From Eledone cirrhosa (lineage: Eukaryota): a stretch of DNA of 64,000 nt. The notes below the pieces were generated by a model. It had not been told where the DNA came from. It searched no databases and was given only the letters and a program-made list of their open reading frames with translations. This document shows positions 16,480 to 29,996 of this stretch, one piece after another; the first letter of the stretch is position 1; every line of letters begins with the position of its first letter. The stretch spans positions 85,560,001 through 85,624,000 of the forward strand of contig OZ024744.1 of NCBI GenBank assembly GCA_964016885.1, given 5' to 3'. A program made the translations under genes and the position numbers.

Positions 16480-16548
16480 TCCATTACCAAAGGTTTCTGG
16501 ATCACAGACGATAATAATATATACGTCTGGTATCGGTCGTCAGACAGA
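16480..16548 (-). ncRNA. Type I hammerhead motif
   Basis: Minus: tctgt-CTGACGA-..cagacg/cgtctg..-GAAA-cctttgg-TA-atgga; a decayed copy (GAAA>GACA) is at 31630-31700 (+). Confidence 0.6.
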
Positions 16549-17284
16549 TGTTATAGATAAAAGATATGAAATGAGATTTAAAATCTGTTAAAAATTGGAA
16601 GTGAGGCTGGAAAAAATAACGGCATAAAAATAAAAACATAAAAATGAATAAATGACAATATATAGCAATATAGAGAAAGACATATGTGTACATATATATG
16701 CACACACGTACACACATTCAGATAAAAGGAAAATATATATATATATAGATGTATACATATATACATGCAAACACACACATATATATACACAAACATACAT
16801 GTACACGGACATATAATATACATATGCATATATGTACACACACACACACATATAAAAACATATACAGACATATGCAAATACTTATACACACTCACACATA
16901 TAACATAAATATATATATATACATATACATGCATATATACATATATATCATATATTGAGTTAGAAACTCAAAATAGTCTTTTACAATTAAATAGCTCAAA
17001 GAAGGGAATGTTTCCGAGCCGTGTAATATAATTGAATATATGAGAGGGATGAACACAGATACAAATATACATGTGTTCGTACTGTAAATGACCAACTTAG
17101 CTAGGTTGAGAAAATACTAATTTAAAACAATATGGTTTTCCTGCCACGATTTAAAGTAATAAATCAATAAAAATAACAAACCTATATTGGGCAACTGCCG
17201 TTTGATACCCGGACAGATATAAATCTGTTTCGCAACACGAACACACACACACATATGTCTGTATATAAACGAAAAACTTAATTA

Positions 17285-18400
17285 CATACACAAGGGCTCG
17301 TGCCACCCTCCTACTGGTTTTAGAAACTTCGTAAATAACATCAGTACTAGAATCTCTAACCTCTCCTCTAATAAGGCTATCTTTGAGAGAGCGGCACCCT
17401 ACTATAACACTGCGTTAGCTAACAGCGGCTTCTCGCAACCAATTACTTTCTTCCCGACTAACAACAACAACAATAAGAAAAGAAATTGTAACAATAAACA
17501 AACTATCTGGTTCTCTCCTCTCTTCTCACTCAACGTTAAAACTAATTTAGGAAGAAATGTTTTAGCCCTCTTAGATATACACTTTCCCATAGGTCACAAA
17601 TACTGCTCCATCTTTAACAGACACAGAGTAAAACTAAGGTACTCCTGCGCTAAGAATATGAAGGCCCACATTACCAACAGTCCTAAGTTCGGCATCCCAC
17701 CAGGATGCTCTTGCCGAAAGCCAGAAGCTTGTCTCCTTCAACAGCAATGCAACACACGCGCTGTAGTTTATGAAGTTGTGGTCACTTCCAACCGACCAAA
17801 TCAACCACAGAAGGTCAAATCCTATGTGGGTATGGCAGAGGGCCGGTTTGAGGAACGCTTCCTGAACCATCAATAGACCTTTAGGTACTCGGACAAACGA
17901 TCATCCACGAAACTCACGAGTCACTTATGGTCCCTGAAGGACTCAGGTATAGACTACTCCATTCAATGGAAAGCTATCACTAAGTCCAAGCCATACGCAA
18001 GGAGTAATCTGTCTTGTGGACTGTGTATTGAAGAAAGGATAAATATTCTAAGGAGATTACGCAATAACGATAGCCTAAATTCAAGGTTGATATCTTCACA
18101 CGTTGTCCACACGTCTGGAAACACCTCTTGCATAACTATAAAGCTCCGGATTGAATTAGAACAACATTATAATTTTCTAATCAACTCGAACATCTTTTCC
18201 GAACTTTCGCAGTTATCTCCCTTACACCTTTTGCCCGTGGTTATGTATCGCTTGAGTGAAGTGACCGTTTCTGCGCATGCGCGTTCATACGGTTATTCTT
18301 CCTGTTTCGTTTAACCATGACCAGTCCGAGCTGAAGATCCGCTAAGGTGAAATAATTGTTCTCGGTATGGTGAACTAACTGTTGTGTTACTACTTCTACC
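17285..18400 (+). mobile_element. Penelope-like element 3' fragment (GIY-YIG) with pseudo-LTR
   Basis: IWFSPLFSLNVKTNLG, CSCRKPEACLLQQQC..VVYEV..SYVGMAEGRFEERFLNH, CGLCIEE; HHR downstream. Confidence 0.85.
18326..18365 (+). ncRNA. Minimal type I hammerhead in PLE pseudo-LTR
   Basis: ccgag-CTGAAGA-tccgctaaggt-GAAA-taattg-TT-ctcgg. Confidence 0.75.
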
Positions 18401-18468
18401 AAACTCGTCCCATGGACTGAGTGCTCTACCACTACGGATATTACCTTCCAGTGTTCTAACCCCCCTCC

Positions 18469-18983
<515 letters not shown>

Positions 18984-19576
18984 GAAAATATAGAAATTAA
19001 TGTGAGCAAGAATCCAACAGTATTTCATAATATATAAGTGACTATAACGTCAAAATGGAAAATAATTAACGTAAAATATGGGGAAATAATTCAAACTCAA
19101 TTTAAAAAAACCAAGACAGATTTTATCCACAGATTTTGTGAAATCCAGGGAAAAAAAACTCAGAATAAAATAAAGTTTAAATACTCATCCTTCAATTTGG
19201 AAAAACTACAAATGCTCTATATAGTCTTAAAAAGACTATCTCACGAAACTTTTCAGTGGGATTAGTCACGGGAGGAGTCGTTCCTCAGTAGAGCTCTACG
19301 CGATAACCAAAGTACCACTGCCAAAATATGCCAAAAAGGGAATTTAAAAGCAGGCTAGTTCACCTCGTGCGAAATTATGAAAATAAACACACATGGAGAG
19401 ACATGGCTGGTGACGTCAGAATGAGACGAATATCTATTTACAAGAAACAGCAGTCAAAAACATTCCGAAAAAACTCTACAAAATGTAAGGAGTTCAGCAA
19501 AATAGCAATATTATCGCGGTTTTTTTTTTAAAAAACGCGATAATATATATCTATAAATTAACCGCGATAATATATA

Positions 19577-20270
19577 TATATCAACTAGAAATTGATTGCC
19601 ATATATGTATATCTAAAATAAACACATAACACAATCACAGGGGATAATTTGTACAGTGTGTAAGCACACACAGCTAAGTAGGTAACTAAATAATATGGCG
19701 CATGTCTCTCGGATATGACACCCTTAATTTAATTTTGGAAATATAAACGGCCTCTTAATTGTAGAGCTAACTCAGTTGAAAAGACTCGGCTGCTATTTCT
19801 AGTTGTCGATAGTCCTATTCACGCCACTGGGATGACGCTGGTACGATGCGTGTATTTTTTTAAAAATGTAACACGTGCTATGGGTCATTCGCAGATTTGC
19901 ATTTGCTGTATAAACACAGATAGTTAAATCTTATCCCTTGTTGAAAATCCGTATGTGACTGCTCTGATTTACCGATTACTGGTGAAATACATTTCTTTAA
20001 TGAAATATATACAAGGAAGATTAATCATTTTAAAAGGTATCTATATTTGAAGTTCTAGTTAAACTTTAATTAGTTAACTACCTAGCTGTGTGTGCTTACA
20101 CACTTTACAAATTATCCCCTGTGATTGTTTTATATGTTTGTTTTAGATATATATATATATGTCAATCAATCTCTAGTTGATATAAAATGCTCGGATCTAT
20201 TCATTGGAATCTTTGAGCATATTCTACAGTGGATATGTCTCTCGGACATGACACCCTTAATTTAATTTTG
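19577..20270. repeat. Non-coding element with ~110-bp inverted repeat (19577-19690 / 20070-20184) and ~36-bp direct repeat (19702 / 20235)
   Basis: aatcacaggggataatttgt..cacacagct vs its reverse complement; atgtctctcgga.atgacacccttaatttaattttg occurs twice. Confidence 0.7.
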
Positions 20271-20859
20271 TATATATATATATATGTGTGTGTATTTGTA
20301 AACGTTGGTCAATCAATGATAAACATTGATTGCCAGGTAAATTAACTATGGAGTTATAAAAGATACAGAAGCGAAAACCAATCCAGAGCAAACAGTGAGT
20401 GTGTTTTATTATTATCTCTGGACGCCTCCCAATTAACTGTATGGCTAACAGTTAAATTCGTATCTGCTTTGTGAAACTATCATTACAACAACAGTCCTCC
20501 TGAGACACTGACAGATTACAAAAGGCAACATGCACTTCACAACGGTCTATTCCCTATATCTGCCATCTTGAAAAAAATGATGATGAAACTTTGAATCTAC
20601 AGAATATTGCGTGGTTGACCACGCTCTGGTAGTCGGCCACAAACAATTTCCAACTTGATAGTAATAGTGAGATTCATGCAAGCAATCACAACAGGCAATC
20701 AACAGAAATAATTACTATTCGCTAACTTCATCATAGTTCTTAAAACAGTAAAACATTTTTTATATGGCAATGATGCATCATTTGTTTTGTATAGGACATT
20801 TTAAAAACCATTATAGTATAATATTAGTTTTCTCATAGTTATACAAGGAATGGGTTCCC

Positions 20860-21180
20860 TCCGAAAGGTCTTTGGGGCAACGTTACTTGATAGAGTGCGT
20901 AGCTCGGAGATGAGAGTGTCACTCCAAGTAGAACTGCTACTTCTCTGAATTAAAAGGTCAAAGCTCTGATACTTTGCGCATGTGGTTTGAACATCCCAGG
21001 AACAAAATCACTGGGCAGATTTTACGGGCAGGAACCAATTAGCAGGAAACCAAGAGGTAGACTCCGAGCAAGACGGTTGGATAACCAAGGCTTGTTTCGG
21101 GTGGGGATCTTGCCGGATCAGTTGGGGGTGGTTATTTCTGACAGAACCGGCTGGAAGGAATGTTTCAGGACTCTGCCCGC
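20860..21180 (+). mobile_element. RTE-like LINE 3' fragment followed by (AAC)n(GAA)n
   Basis: Decayed frame G.TLLDRVRSSE..L.VE.LLL..RKPRGRLRAR. Confidence 0.6.
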
Positions 21181-21258
21181 AACAACAACAACAACAACAA
21201 AGAAGAAGAAGAAGAAGAAGAAGAAGAAGAAGAAGAAGAAGAAGAAGAAGAAGAAGAA

Positions 21259-21302
<44 letters not shown>

Positions 21303-21389
21303 CGACGACGACGACGACGTTTTTTTCCCTCTGTATCACTAGAACATCCGGCTATCTGACGTACCGCTTCAGGATTATTACATTATAGG

Positions 21390-21578
21390 GTGGTGGATTG
21401 GCAAGTACCGGTAGAGGGTCGGACGCCATGCTTTGCAACAAAGAGTCACGGCCCTTTACGGTCTGAGTTCAAATCCCGCCGAGGTTAACTTTGCCTTTCA
21501 TCCTTACTGGGTCGATAAAATAAAGTACCAGTAATACACTGGGATAATTGCTGGCCTTGTGCCAAAAGTAGAAACAAT
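21390..21578 (+). mobile_element. tRNA-derived SINE (family A) with target-site duplication
   Basis: Full A/B boxes; ttacattataggg on both sides. Confidence 0.85.
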
Positions 21579-21832
21579 TATTTACATTATAGGGCCTGAT
21601 AAAATCAGGCATCTACAAACGTGATAGTCTGAAGAAAGTTCAACTCCTGAAAGATGGATCAAGTAAAACTATAGAATATCGATTAGGAGCAAAATAACAG
21701 CCAGAACTCAGGATATTTTGTACCGTTGTTATTGATAGGGGTTCTGATAATCCACATAAGGTTAGGTACCTTGTTCTTGTTAATCTTTCACCCCATCTTT
21801 CTATCCATCTCTCCATCGTTCTGATCCATTTT

Positions 21833-21923
<91 letters not shown>

Positions 21924-22152
21924 CTCCCTCAATTCTCATCTCTCTTTCTCTCCATCTCTCTCTCTCTCTTTATATATATATATATATATATATATTACCC
22001 ACTCTACTACCCTAAGTATTGAGTACTTTGGTGCGTTATGGTCCACATTTCCTTCGTTATATATATATATATATATATATATATACGTTATTCCGGGTTG
22101 AATCGGAGGTAACCACAGTAAGTAAGGTACTCAATACATAGCAGAGTATAAC

Positions 22153-22283
22153 AGTTTTAATATAGATGAGATTCTACAGGACTAGAACTGTTTCATTCAT
22201 TTGAAATCATCAGGAATCCCTGATTCCTGATGATTTCAAATGAATGAAACAGTTCTAGTCCTGTAGAATCTCATCTATATTAA

Positions 22284-22287
<4 letters not shown>
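22153..22287. repeat. Perfect 66-bp inverted repeat (3-nt spacer) with a hammerhead core in each arm
   Basis: Right arm gattc-CTGATGA-tttcaaatgaat-GAAA-cagttcta-GTC-ctgtagaatc; left arm is the exact reverse complement. Confidence 0.85.
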
Positions 22288-22315
<28 letters not shown>

Positions 22316-22321
<6 letters not shown>

Positions 22322-22820
22322 AATATGGGGAGAAGAATACTGCATGGTTGCACATTGATTACATATTATAAAATGAGTCACTCATCAGTGATTTGCCAAC
22401 GATCATTGGTATTTCATGACATTAAAAATCATATACCTCACGTTGGTGCGAGCAATAACTAAAATAAGGTATTGGGACAAGTGAAACGCGTAAAGCGAGT
22501 GAGACAAGTAAACAACACAGGAGAAAGCTAACCGAAGATGGAAAGAAAAACAAGCAACATGGTTATTCGGTCAGTATAAACTGGGTGAATTCATGAGCGT
22601 GTGAGAAACAGACCTTTCGCTAGAGAATTTGATGTGAGAAAGAAGGAAAATCGGATTCGTAGCGAACGGGAGGAAGTGAGAAGGGGAGAAACAGAGAGTG
22701 AGTGAGTGGAAGTGCGAGGAAGAGATCAGTAGAGAGAAAGTGTTAACTGACATGACAGAGGGGACGAAAGAAAGTAAGAGAAACAGAGAGAACGAGGGAG
22801 CAGTAAGGGAGAAAAAGAGA
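22316..22820. repeat. Unclassified ~510-bp interspersed repeat (second copy at 32180-32766)
   Basis: Shared sequence ggggaga..ctcatcagtgatttgcc..aaaatcatatacctcacg..gttaactgacatgacagaggggg. Confidence 0.7.
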
Positions 22821-22852
22821 ATATATAATTTCCTCGATTCTCATCGCTCTTT

Positions 22853-23013
<161 letters not shown>

Positions 23014-23462
23014 TCTCCAACTCCCTCAATTCTCATCTCTCTTTTTCTCCATCTCTCGTTCTCTCCATCTCTTCCTCTCCACACCTTTCTCTCTCACGCT
23101 CTTCGATTTGTGGTTATATCTTAAGCCAAAAATATTTTACTATACAAATAGTATACAGCTGTTAATGGCTACGAATATTCTTTAATTATATATTTACTTG
23201 TTTTTCTTTTTAATTTCTCACCAATATATATATACAGAGAGAGAGGTGGGAGGGGCAGATATAGAAATATCGAGAGAAAGGGGTAGAAAGAGCCGGTTTT
23301 AACACAAAAACTTTCATTGGAATTTTAGAAAATATGAAACAGGTAATTGTATACGTATAGCTGTATGCGTTTGTACATGTATACATATGGAGTTATTACA
23401 TGCTACCTTGTATATATGTATGTATGTATATATGTATGTATAATGGCCATTGAGTCTTTCTA

Positions 23463-24630
23463 ATGCGTGTACTGCATTGTACTGCATTGGGACTTACCAT
23501 AAGCCTGAAAAAGACTGTAGCCATGTACCAACCAGCCCCTGGGAAGCCATGTTGTGAGCCCAACATCTTGGTTTATGGTGAAAGGCTAAGGGTCGTTGGC
23601 AGTCTTGTATATCTTGGAAGCACTCTGAGTATGTCCTGCGATCTTGATGGGGAAATATCAAACAGGATACAGAAAGCCAGTGATGCTTTTGGAAAACTGA
23701 ACAAGCGTCTCTGGTCTCAACACGGAATTTCGGTAAAGACAAAGCTTAAAGTGTATCATGCGTGTGTGCTCACGGCACTTCTTTACGTTTGTGAGACGTG
23801 GGTGGTCTACCGTAGACAGATGATGCGACTTGAGGGGTTCCACCAGTACTGCTTACGTTGGATCCTCGGCCTAACTTGGCAAATGTTTGTCAGTGACGTC
23901 GAGGTTCTGGACAGAAGTGGTTGTGATAGTATCGAGACCTCGATTTTGAAACATCAGTTGCGCTGGACAGGCCATCTTGTAGGGATGAATGACAAGCGAA
24001 TGCCGATGCAGCTGCTTTATGGCGAGCTCCAAATGGGAAAAAGGAACGCGAGTAAACCCAAGATGCGTTTTAAGGACTGCATCAAGGGGGCGCTCAAAAA
24101 AAGTAACATCCCTTGTGAGCACTTGGAAGCATGCGCCAGCGACCGATCGCATTGGAGGAAAGCAGTGGCTAGTGGCAAGTGTCTATTTTAGGAAACAAGA
24201 AGAAGGCACGCGACACTAAAAAGAGATGTCCGGAAAGGAATCCATGTTGGCCTTCCCGAAGGCACTGACAGACGGCTTGATCTGACATGTAAGACCTGTA
24301 ATAGGGTTTGTCTGAGCATGGCAGGTCTAAAGAGTCACCTTGGAGTGCACAAGAACAGGGAAGCAGGCATCTGTAGAGCCATAAGTGTTCATCAGACGAC
24401 GACATGTAATGTTTGTGGAAGGGTATGCAGGTCGAGTAGTGATCTCACACGACATGGTACCATGGGCCCAGCACTAGGTGTCAATAATTGTCACAAGTGT
24501 AGTGTTTGTACCAGAGTTTTCAAGTCGCTGGCTGAACTGAAAAGCCACACTCATTCAGCGCATCGGTAGGGGTTCTCCTACATGGATATAAAGTAGTGGC
24601 CGTACTCGAAAACGAGTTGGCAGTCACCAT
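23463..24630 (+). mobile_element. RTE (BovB-like) LINE 3' part with three C-terminal C2H2-like fingers
   Basis: GLTISLKKT, YLGSTLS, TKLKVYHACVLTALLYVCETW, QLRWTGHL, QLLYGEL; 3' end duplicated at 25080-25258. Confidence 0.88.
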
Positions 24631-25274
24631 GTATGTATGTATATATATGTCAGGTCACCAGTTGGTGCTACTGGTAACATGTATCCCAGTACAATTTGTC
24701 TCATGGTCGGGTCGTTGGCAACTAAACTGGCAACCTCACCAAGGTTTCTTGGCGAGGAGGGTGAATTTGGACATCCTGTAGGACTAAAAATAAAACCTGT
24801 CAAAGGGCAAATGAGCTCTTAAGAGTCAATGGCCATCCAAAATCACCGGCAGAGATGACTCCTTAGCCTTTGTCAAGGCAGAATTCTAGGAGAAGGAAAA
24901 CTCTGATATAACACCTGCAACCCTGATGGTATCCAATGATGTTGACTTGTTCTTCTTTTTGGTAAATATCATCTTGGTTAAGAGAGTGGGACTGGCTTTG
25001 TGCAGTGCCTTTGCTCACTATAAAAGCTTCACGGCACAGGCATTGCTTTATATCTGGAGATCTCTCTGCACTTGTCGTCACATGGTACCATAGGCCCAGC
25101 ACTATGTGTCAATAATTGTCACAAGTGTAGTGTTTGTACCAGAGTTTTCAAGTCGCTGGCTGGACTAAAAAGTCACACTCGTTCAGCGCATCGGTAGGGT
25201 TTCTCCTACATGGATATAAAGTAGTGGCCGTACTCGAAAACGAGTTGGCAGCCACCATATATATATATATATAT

Positions 25275-25406
25275 ATATTGTTATACTTTGGGAGGGTCAT
25301 GTTGCCAATAAGAAACACACGGCAACATGACCCTCCCAAAGTATAACAATATCGGTTTCAACACACGATTTCAGATAAAGAATCTTGCTAAACAAATTCA
25401 GAAACG

Positions 25407-25410
<4 letters not shown>
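25275..25410. repeat. Fold-back PLE terminal sequence
   Basis: atattgttatactttgggagggtcatgttgcc..ggcaacatgaccctcccaaagtataacaatat; identical to the ends of the PLE at 59045-60800; also at 47315-47433. Confidence 0.75.
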
Positions 25411-25486
<76 letters not shown>

Positions 25487-25490
<4 letters not shown>

Positions 25491-25668
25491 GTTTCTACTT
25501 TTGGCATAAGGCCAGCCATTACCCAGTGCATTACTGGTACTTTATTTTATCAACCCCGTAATGATGAAGGGCAAACTTAACCCGACGGGATTTGAAATCA
25601 GAATGGCAAGGGCCGTAACTCTATGCGTCAAAGCATGGCGTTCGACCCTCTACCGATACTGTCAATCC
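25487..25668 (-). mobile_element. tRNA-derived SINE (family A)
   Basis: Match to 10796-10988. Confidence 0.85.
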
Positions 25669-25942
25669 AAGTGTTTTTGTACAAAGGATGAGATCTCAAT
25701 AAATATTTGTTTTAGGAGTGCTTAAATCCTGTTATAATTGTGTTGCTTAAGCGAATTCTTTCTCCATATTTAAATAGTTCAAAAGTAACCGAAATACAAC
25801 TGTCAAGTCATGGAGGCCTACCTAAGGAAAGGAACTACTTTCATAATATACCTCCTCTAAAATCATATTATTTGTCTATTTAAGACTAACAGAAATATAT
25901 TCAAAGACCGCGTGTACCAATACAATGTCTTTTCCGCAACAG

Positions 25943-26057
25943 GAACTGGACTAAAACCACAATGTTATCCAAACACATATTCGTATAAAATGATACAGGA
26001 AAACGGCACAAATGTCACAGTGGCAATGATAGAACCACATCATATAATTGGATCCAG
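25943..26057 (+). other. Candidate host exon (TGLKPQCYPNTYSYKMIQENGTNVTVAMIEPHHIIGS)
   Basis: Acceptor tcttttccgcaacag, donor CAG|gtattg, open frame, non-repetitive sequence. Confidence 0.3.
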
Positions 26058-26265
26058 GTATTGTGACTTCTGCTTCACTAACGAACTCGAAATTATCTAT
26101 GTATTCCACAAAAAACTACACAAGATCCGATATTATCTCCATTTGTCACGACATTCAACCATTTCCTGCGGACCAGATGTATTACCAGGCAGATGTATTA
26201 CTAGACATCTGACGGAAAGCAAGAAAACGTTCATTCAGATGTCTAATTGTTAGAGACTAATTAAC

Positions 26266-26323
<58 letters not shown>

Positions 26324-26359
26324 ATTCACAAGAATCAAAGCTATGTTCAAAGCATTTAT

Positions 26360-26408
26360 TCACTTACAATTGTTTCATCCAAACCTAGGCTTAGGGTCTT
26401 CGGAGTAT
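26360..26408 (-). ncRNA. Hammerhead-like motif with CCGAAGA core
   Basis: Minus: atact-CCGAAGA-c(ctaagcc ta ggtttgg)at-GAAA-caattg-TA-agtga; related copy at 56562-56610. Confidence 0.55.
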
Positions 26409-27384
26409 TTTTCAATGCCTGTACATATAATTGACCTCCTATCCAACGCAAGAGACATACAGATACATATATATATGTGGAGTGGAGTGACATATATTAT
26501 ACTATACTATATTTGTATAGCAATTCAAATTTAAAATCAAAATTAAAATTAAAATTAAGATACATGCGGCAGATAACACAAATAATGCAAGAGGATAGTT
26601 CGATAATCAGATCTAGTAGATAGTGTATGCATTAGTCATACATGGAGCATGCAAGTGCGTCTCATTTATATACGAGTATTGTGTGGCAAGGTATTACATG
26701 TAATACAAGCACTTTAAGCGGGTAAGCAAGAGTATTATGGTGGTTGTAGTGAGAGGGTATTTTTTGTATAGATCAAAAAAGTATGTGTGCAGACAAAGAA
26801 AAAGAAAAAGAAAAAAAAAAAAAGAAAAAGAAAAAGAAAAAGAAAAAGAAAAAGAAAAAGAAAAAGAAAAAGAAAGTTATAGTTTTCGCATCCACCACCA
26901 TTTTCACATTCAGAAATATGTTACGATGAATTCGTATTGAATGTTTGATGTAGTAAATGATTGTAACGTATTGAGGCTCAGTGTTATTTAATCCATATTT
27001 ATAGAATAGGTTCTTTCTGCTGCGAGAATTTACAGAGGTTTATTATCCGGAAGTAGGTGTGTAATTAAGGGGAGTTAATGCATAAGGGGAGGTAACTAGC
27101 TGATTCTCATAACTAAAATCATTGTTCTAACATCGTGAATAAACGCTTTGAACATAGCTTTGATTCTTGTGAATTCTATATAACTGCTCTGTAGAATAAC
27201 TGATGTTATTACATTGAGCTATTTATCTTACTGGTAATAAGGTAGTAAGAAATTACTGACCTGCCCTGTTTAGGGTTTAAAATATACATAACTATAAATA
27301 GTATCCTTAATATTATATATATATATATGAATGAAAGTGTTCTTACTTTCCGTCAGATGTCTAGTAATACATCTGCCTGGAGGT

Positions 27385-27843
27385 TGCCAACACAAGAGCA
27401 AGAATGTAGTGTTCATTCTACTGACATGGCTATAAAATTGAGGCTTGTTTGCATAATTGCAAACGAATCGAATGTTATTATTAATATTCGATAAACTCAG
27501 ATTACATTTAGTGTATTCAGCCATGTAGAGCGAACATTTTCTTTATTATTTGAATTTGGCAAAGCCGGCCATTTATCGGTCGTATACAGGAAACTAACTG
27601 GCCAGTCTGCTGATATGCAAATCTGGCTGATCAGTGGATCTGCTAATATGCAGATCTGACTGATCAGCCAGTCTGCTAATGTACAAATCAGGCCGATCAG
27701 TCACTGTGTATTTTTGAAAATAGCATATATTTTCACTAGCTCTGAGAGTTTGGCATGTGAACAGTGAGCTGTACTGATGAAGGGTGATACCCAGAAACAT
27801 TAGTGTCAGCAGTTCTGTTCATATGCCAACACAAGAGCAAGAA
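27385..27843 (+). mobile_element. Terminally redundant 439-nt HHR-containing non-coding unit (retrozyme-like)
   Basis: tgccaacacaagagcaagaa at both 27385 and 27824; HHR at 27766-27815. Confidence 0.8.
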
Positions 27844-27984
27844 AAGGGAAGTAATGTTCTATACAAAACAGTGGTTATAGAGAAAAGGTAAAATTGGAAA
27901 TACCACGGAAAATATATTTAAGAGTCTGTTTTTCTTGTTTTTTCCATTCTTTCATTAATCAAAGTGACATTATTAAAAGATCTG

Positions 27985-28170
27985 GTTGATTGGCAGTTTT
28001 GGTAGAGGGTCAGACGCCATGCTTTGCAGCACATTTAGGTCCCGTTACGGGCTGAGTTCAAATCCCCCCAAGGTTAACTTTGCCTTTCATCTTTACGGGG
28101 TCGATAAAATAAAGTACCAGTAATGTACTAGGTAAGTACCAGTAATGTACTAGGTAATTACTAGGTAATT
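27985..28170 (+). mobile_element. tRNA-derived SINE (family A)
   Basis: gattggcagttttggtagagggtcagacgcc..gagttcaaatccc..ggggtcgataaaataaagtaccag. Confidence 0.8.
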
Positions 28171-28173
28171 ACT

Positions 28174-29942
28174 AGAATTAATAACAGAACACACTCACTG
28201 TTTGGTTGGTTTTCGCTTTTCGCTTCTGTGTCTTTTATATCGGTAATCTAATTTATTCGGTCCTCAATGTTGCCATTGACTAACCAACGGTCAAAAATAA
28301 TACAGATACAATATAGACACAAACACATATATATATTTTATCATAAATCTTTCGTTGCACATCTGCAACATCGTCAGTGGTGCTATTGTTTCCTCCCGTT
28401 GCATTGTATGTCTACGCCATTTTTATTTAATCTTGTCTATATACTTATTTATTTATTTGCTTGTTTGTTTATTTTATTTTGTCTTCTTTGCGCATGCGTT
28501 TGCGTGTGTGTATAGTGTTTTGTTTGATGTGTGTTCGTGATTGGGTGACTAGTGTGTGTTTATATGTGTTTGTTGTTATTGTGCTTGTGTATGTATTTAT
28601 TTATTTATTTATCTATTTATTTATTTATTTATACTTCTCTTAGGTCAGTGTTGTTTGTTGGGGTGTTGTTGTTATTCCATTCATTTTTTCTGTTTAGTCT
28701 TGGCCTTCTAAGTTCTATTTCACTGGCCTCTCTGATTTGCCTATCTGCTGGGTCATTTCTATGTTTAGATATTATTCTAATTTCTATGTTGTCTATGTTA
28801 CCATCGTATTGTTGTCTGGCATGTTCGTATAGTACTGACCCGTTTTTTCGTCCTTTTAGTTCCTCCCAGTGTTGGTCTATCCTTTCACCTATGCTACGAG
28901 CTGTCTCACCTATGTATGTTGTTGTCATGTTTCTGCAAGTACCCTCTGTACATCTTATGCTATAGACTACGTTTCTAGTTTTACAGTTAATCCGGGGGTT
29001 TACCTTACATATGATACATTTCCTATTAGTACAGTGGGTTTTCTTAAAAGGGTAGGTTTTGCTGATCAGGGATTTTATGGTGGTTCCTGGCTTTTCTACC
29101 ACCTTAATCTTTAAGTGGGTGTTTCTCAGGGTCTTTCTACACTGGTTAGCTAGTTTCCCTCCAGGGGTAGCGCCCACAAACATGACACTCTGGTATCTCT
29201 GGTTGTCGTACCATGAGGTGGCTTTCCCTATCTTATGTCTAGCCCTATCTAAGCTATTCCATGATTTTCTACTGTATAATGGGCAAATTCCTTTCATGTC
29301 CAGTTCTATGAGGGTCTTATACTTCTCCATGGCTCCTTCATATACTCTGACTCTGTCTCTTTGGTTGTAGCCAGAGAACTGCATGCGGTTGATGAAATGT
29401 TGGATGTGTCTTTCCATTTCTGTTGGATCGCACATGCGGGACACATTCTTCATCACTCGTACCAAATCTGCGATCAGAATATTAAACTTAGCACTACTGG
29501 ACATTGCTGAGTTTTTGAGTATAAGGTATTTGGAGGCCATGGGTTTAGCATAGTGTGAGTGGAGAATTTGGGCTCTCTCGTCTATAGTGTTAATCCAGAG
29601 TTCCGTGTCTAATACAGGTAGTCTATAAATAAATAAATATATAGACAAGATTAAATAAAAATGGCGTAGACATACAATGCAACGGGAGGAAACAATAGCA
29701 CCACTGACGATGTTGCAGATGTGCAACGAAAGATTTATGATAAACTATATATATGTGTTTGTGTCTATATTGTATCTGTATTATTTTTGACCGTCGATCA
29801 GTCAATGGCAACATTGAGGACCGAATAAATTAGATTACCGATATAAAAGACACAGAAGCGAAAAGCGAAAACCAACCAAACAGTGAGTGTGTTCTGTTAT
29901 TAATTCTGGCAATATTACACAAATATTTCCCTCCCCAAGTAT

Positions 29943-29950
<8 letters not shown>
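28174..29950 (-). mobile_element. 5'-truncated Penelope-like element with inverted pseudo-LTRs (28174-28456 / 29626-29907)
   Basis: ORF 28629-29625: LPVLDTELW, HYAKPMAS, CTNRKCIIC..CKTRNVVYSIRC..YIGETARSIGERIDQH (GIY-YIG); HHR CTGACGA-tgttgcagatgtgcaac-GAAA at 28340-28381 (-) and 29700-29741 (+). Confidence 0.92.

Positions 29951-29984
<34 letters not shown>

Positions 29985-29996
<12 letters not shown>

Noticed and set aside
21625-21675. CTGAAGA..GAAA motif as a hammerhead
   Set aside because: No convincing stem I or stem II pairing
28629-29726. N-termini of the 365-aa and 323-aa (59280) PLE ORFs as real starts
   Set aside because: They derive from the inverted pseudo-LTR fused to a 5'-truncated ORF
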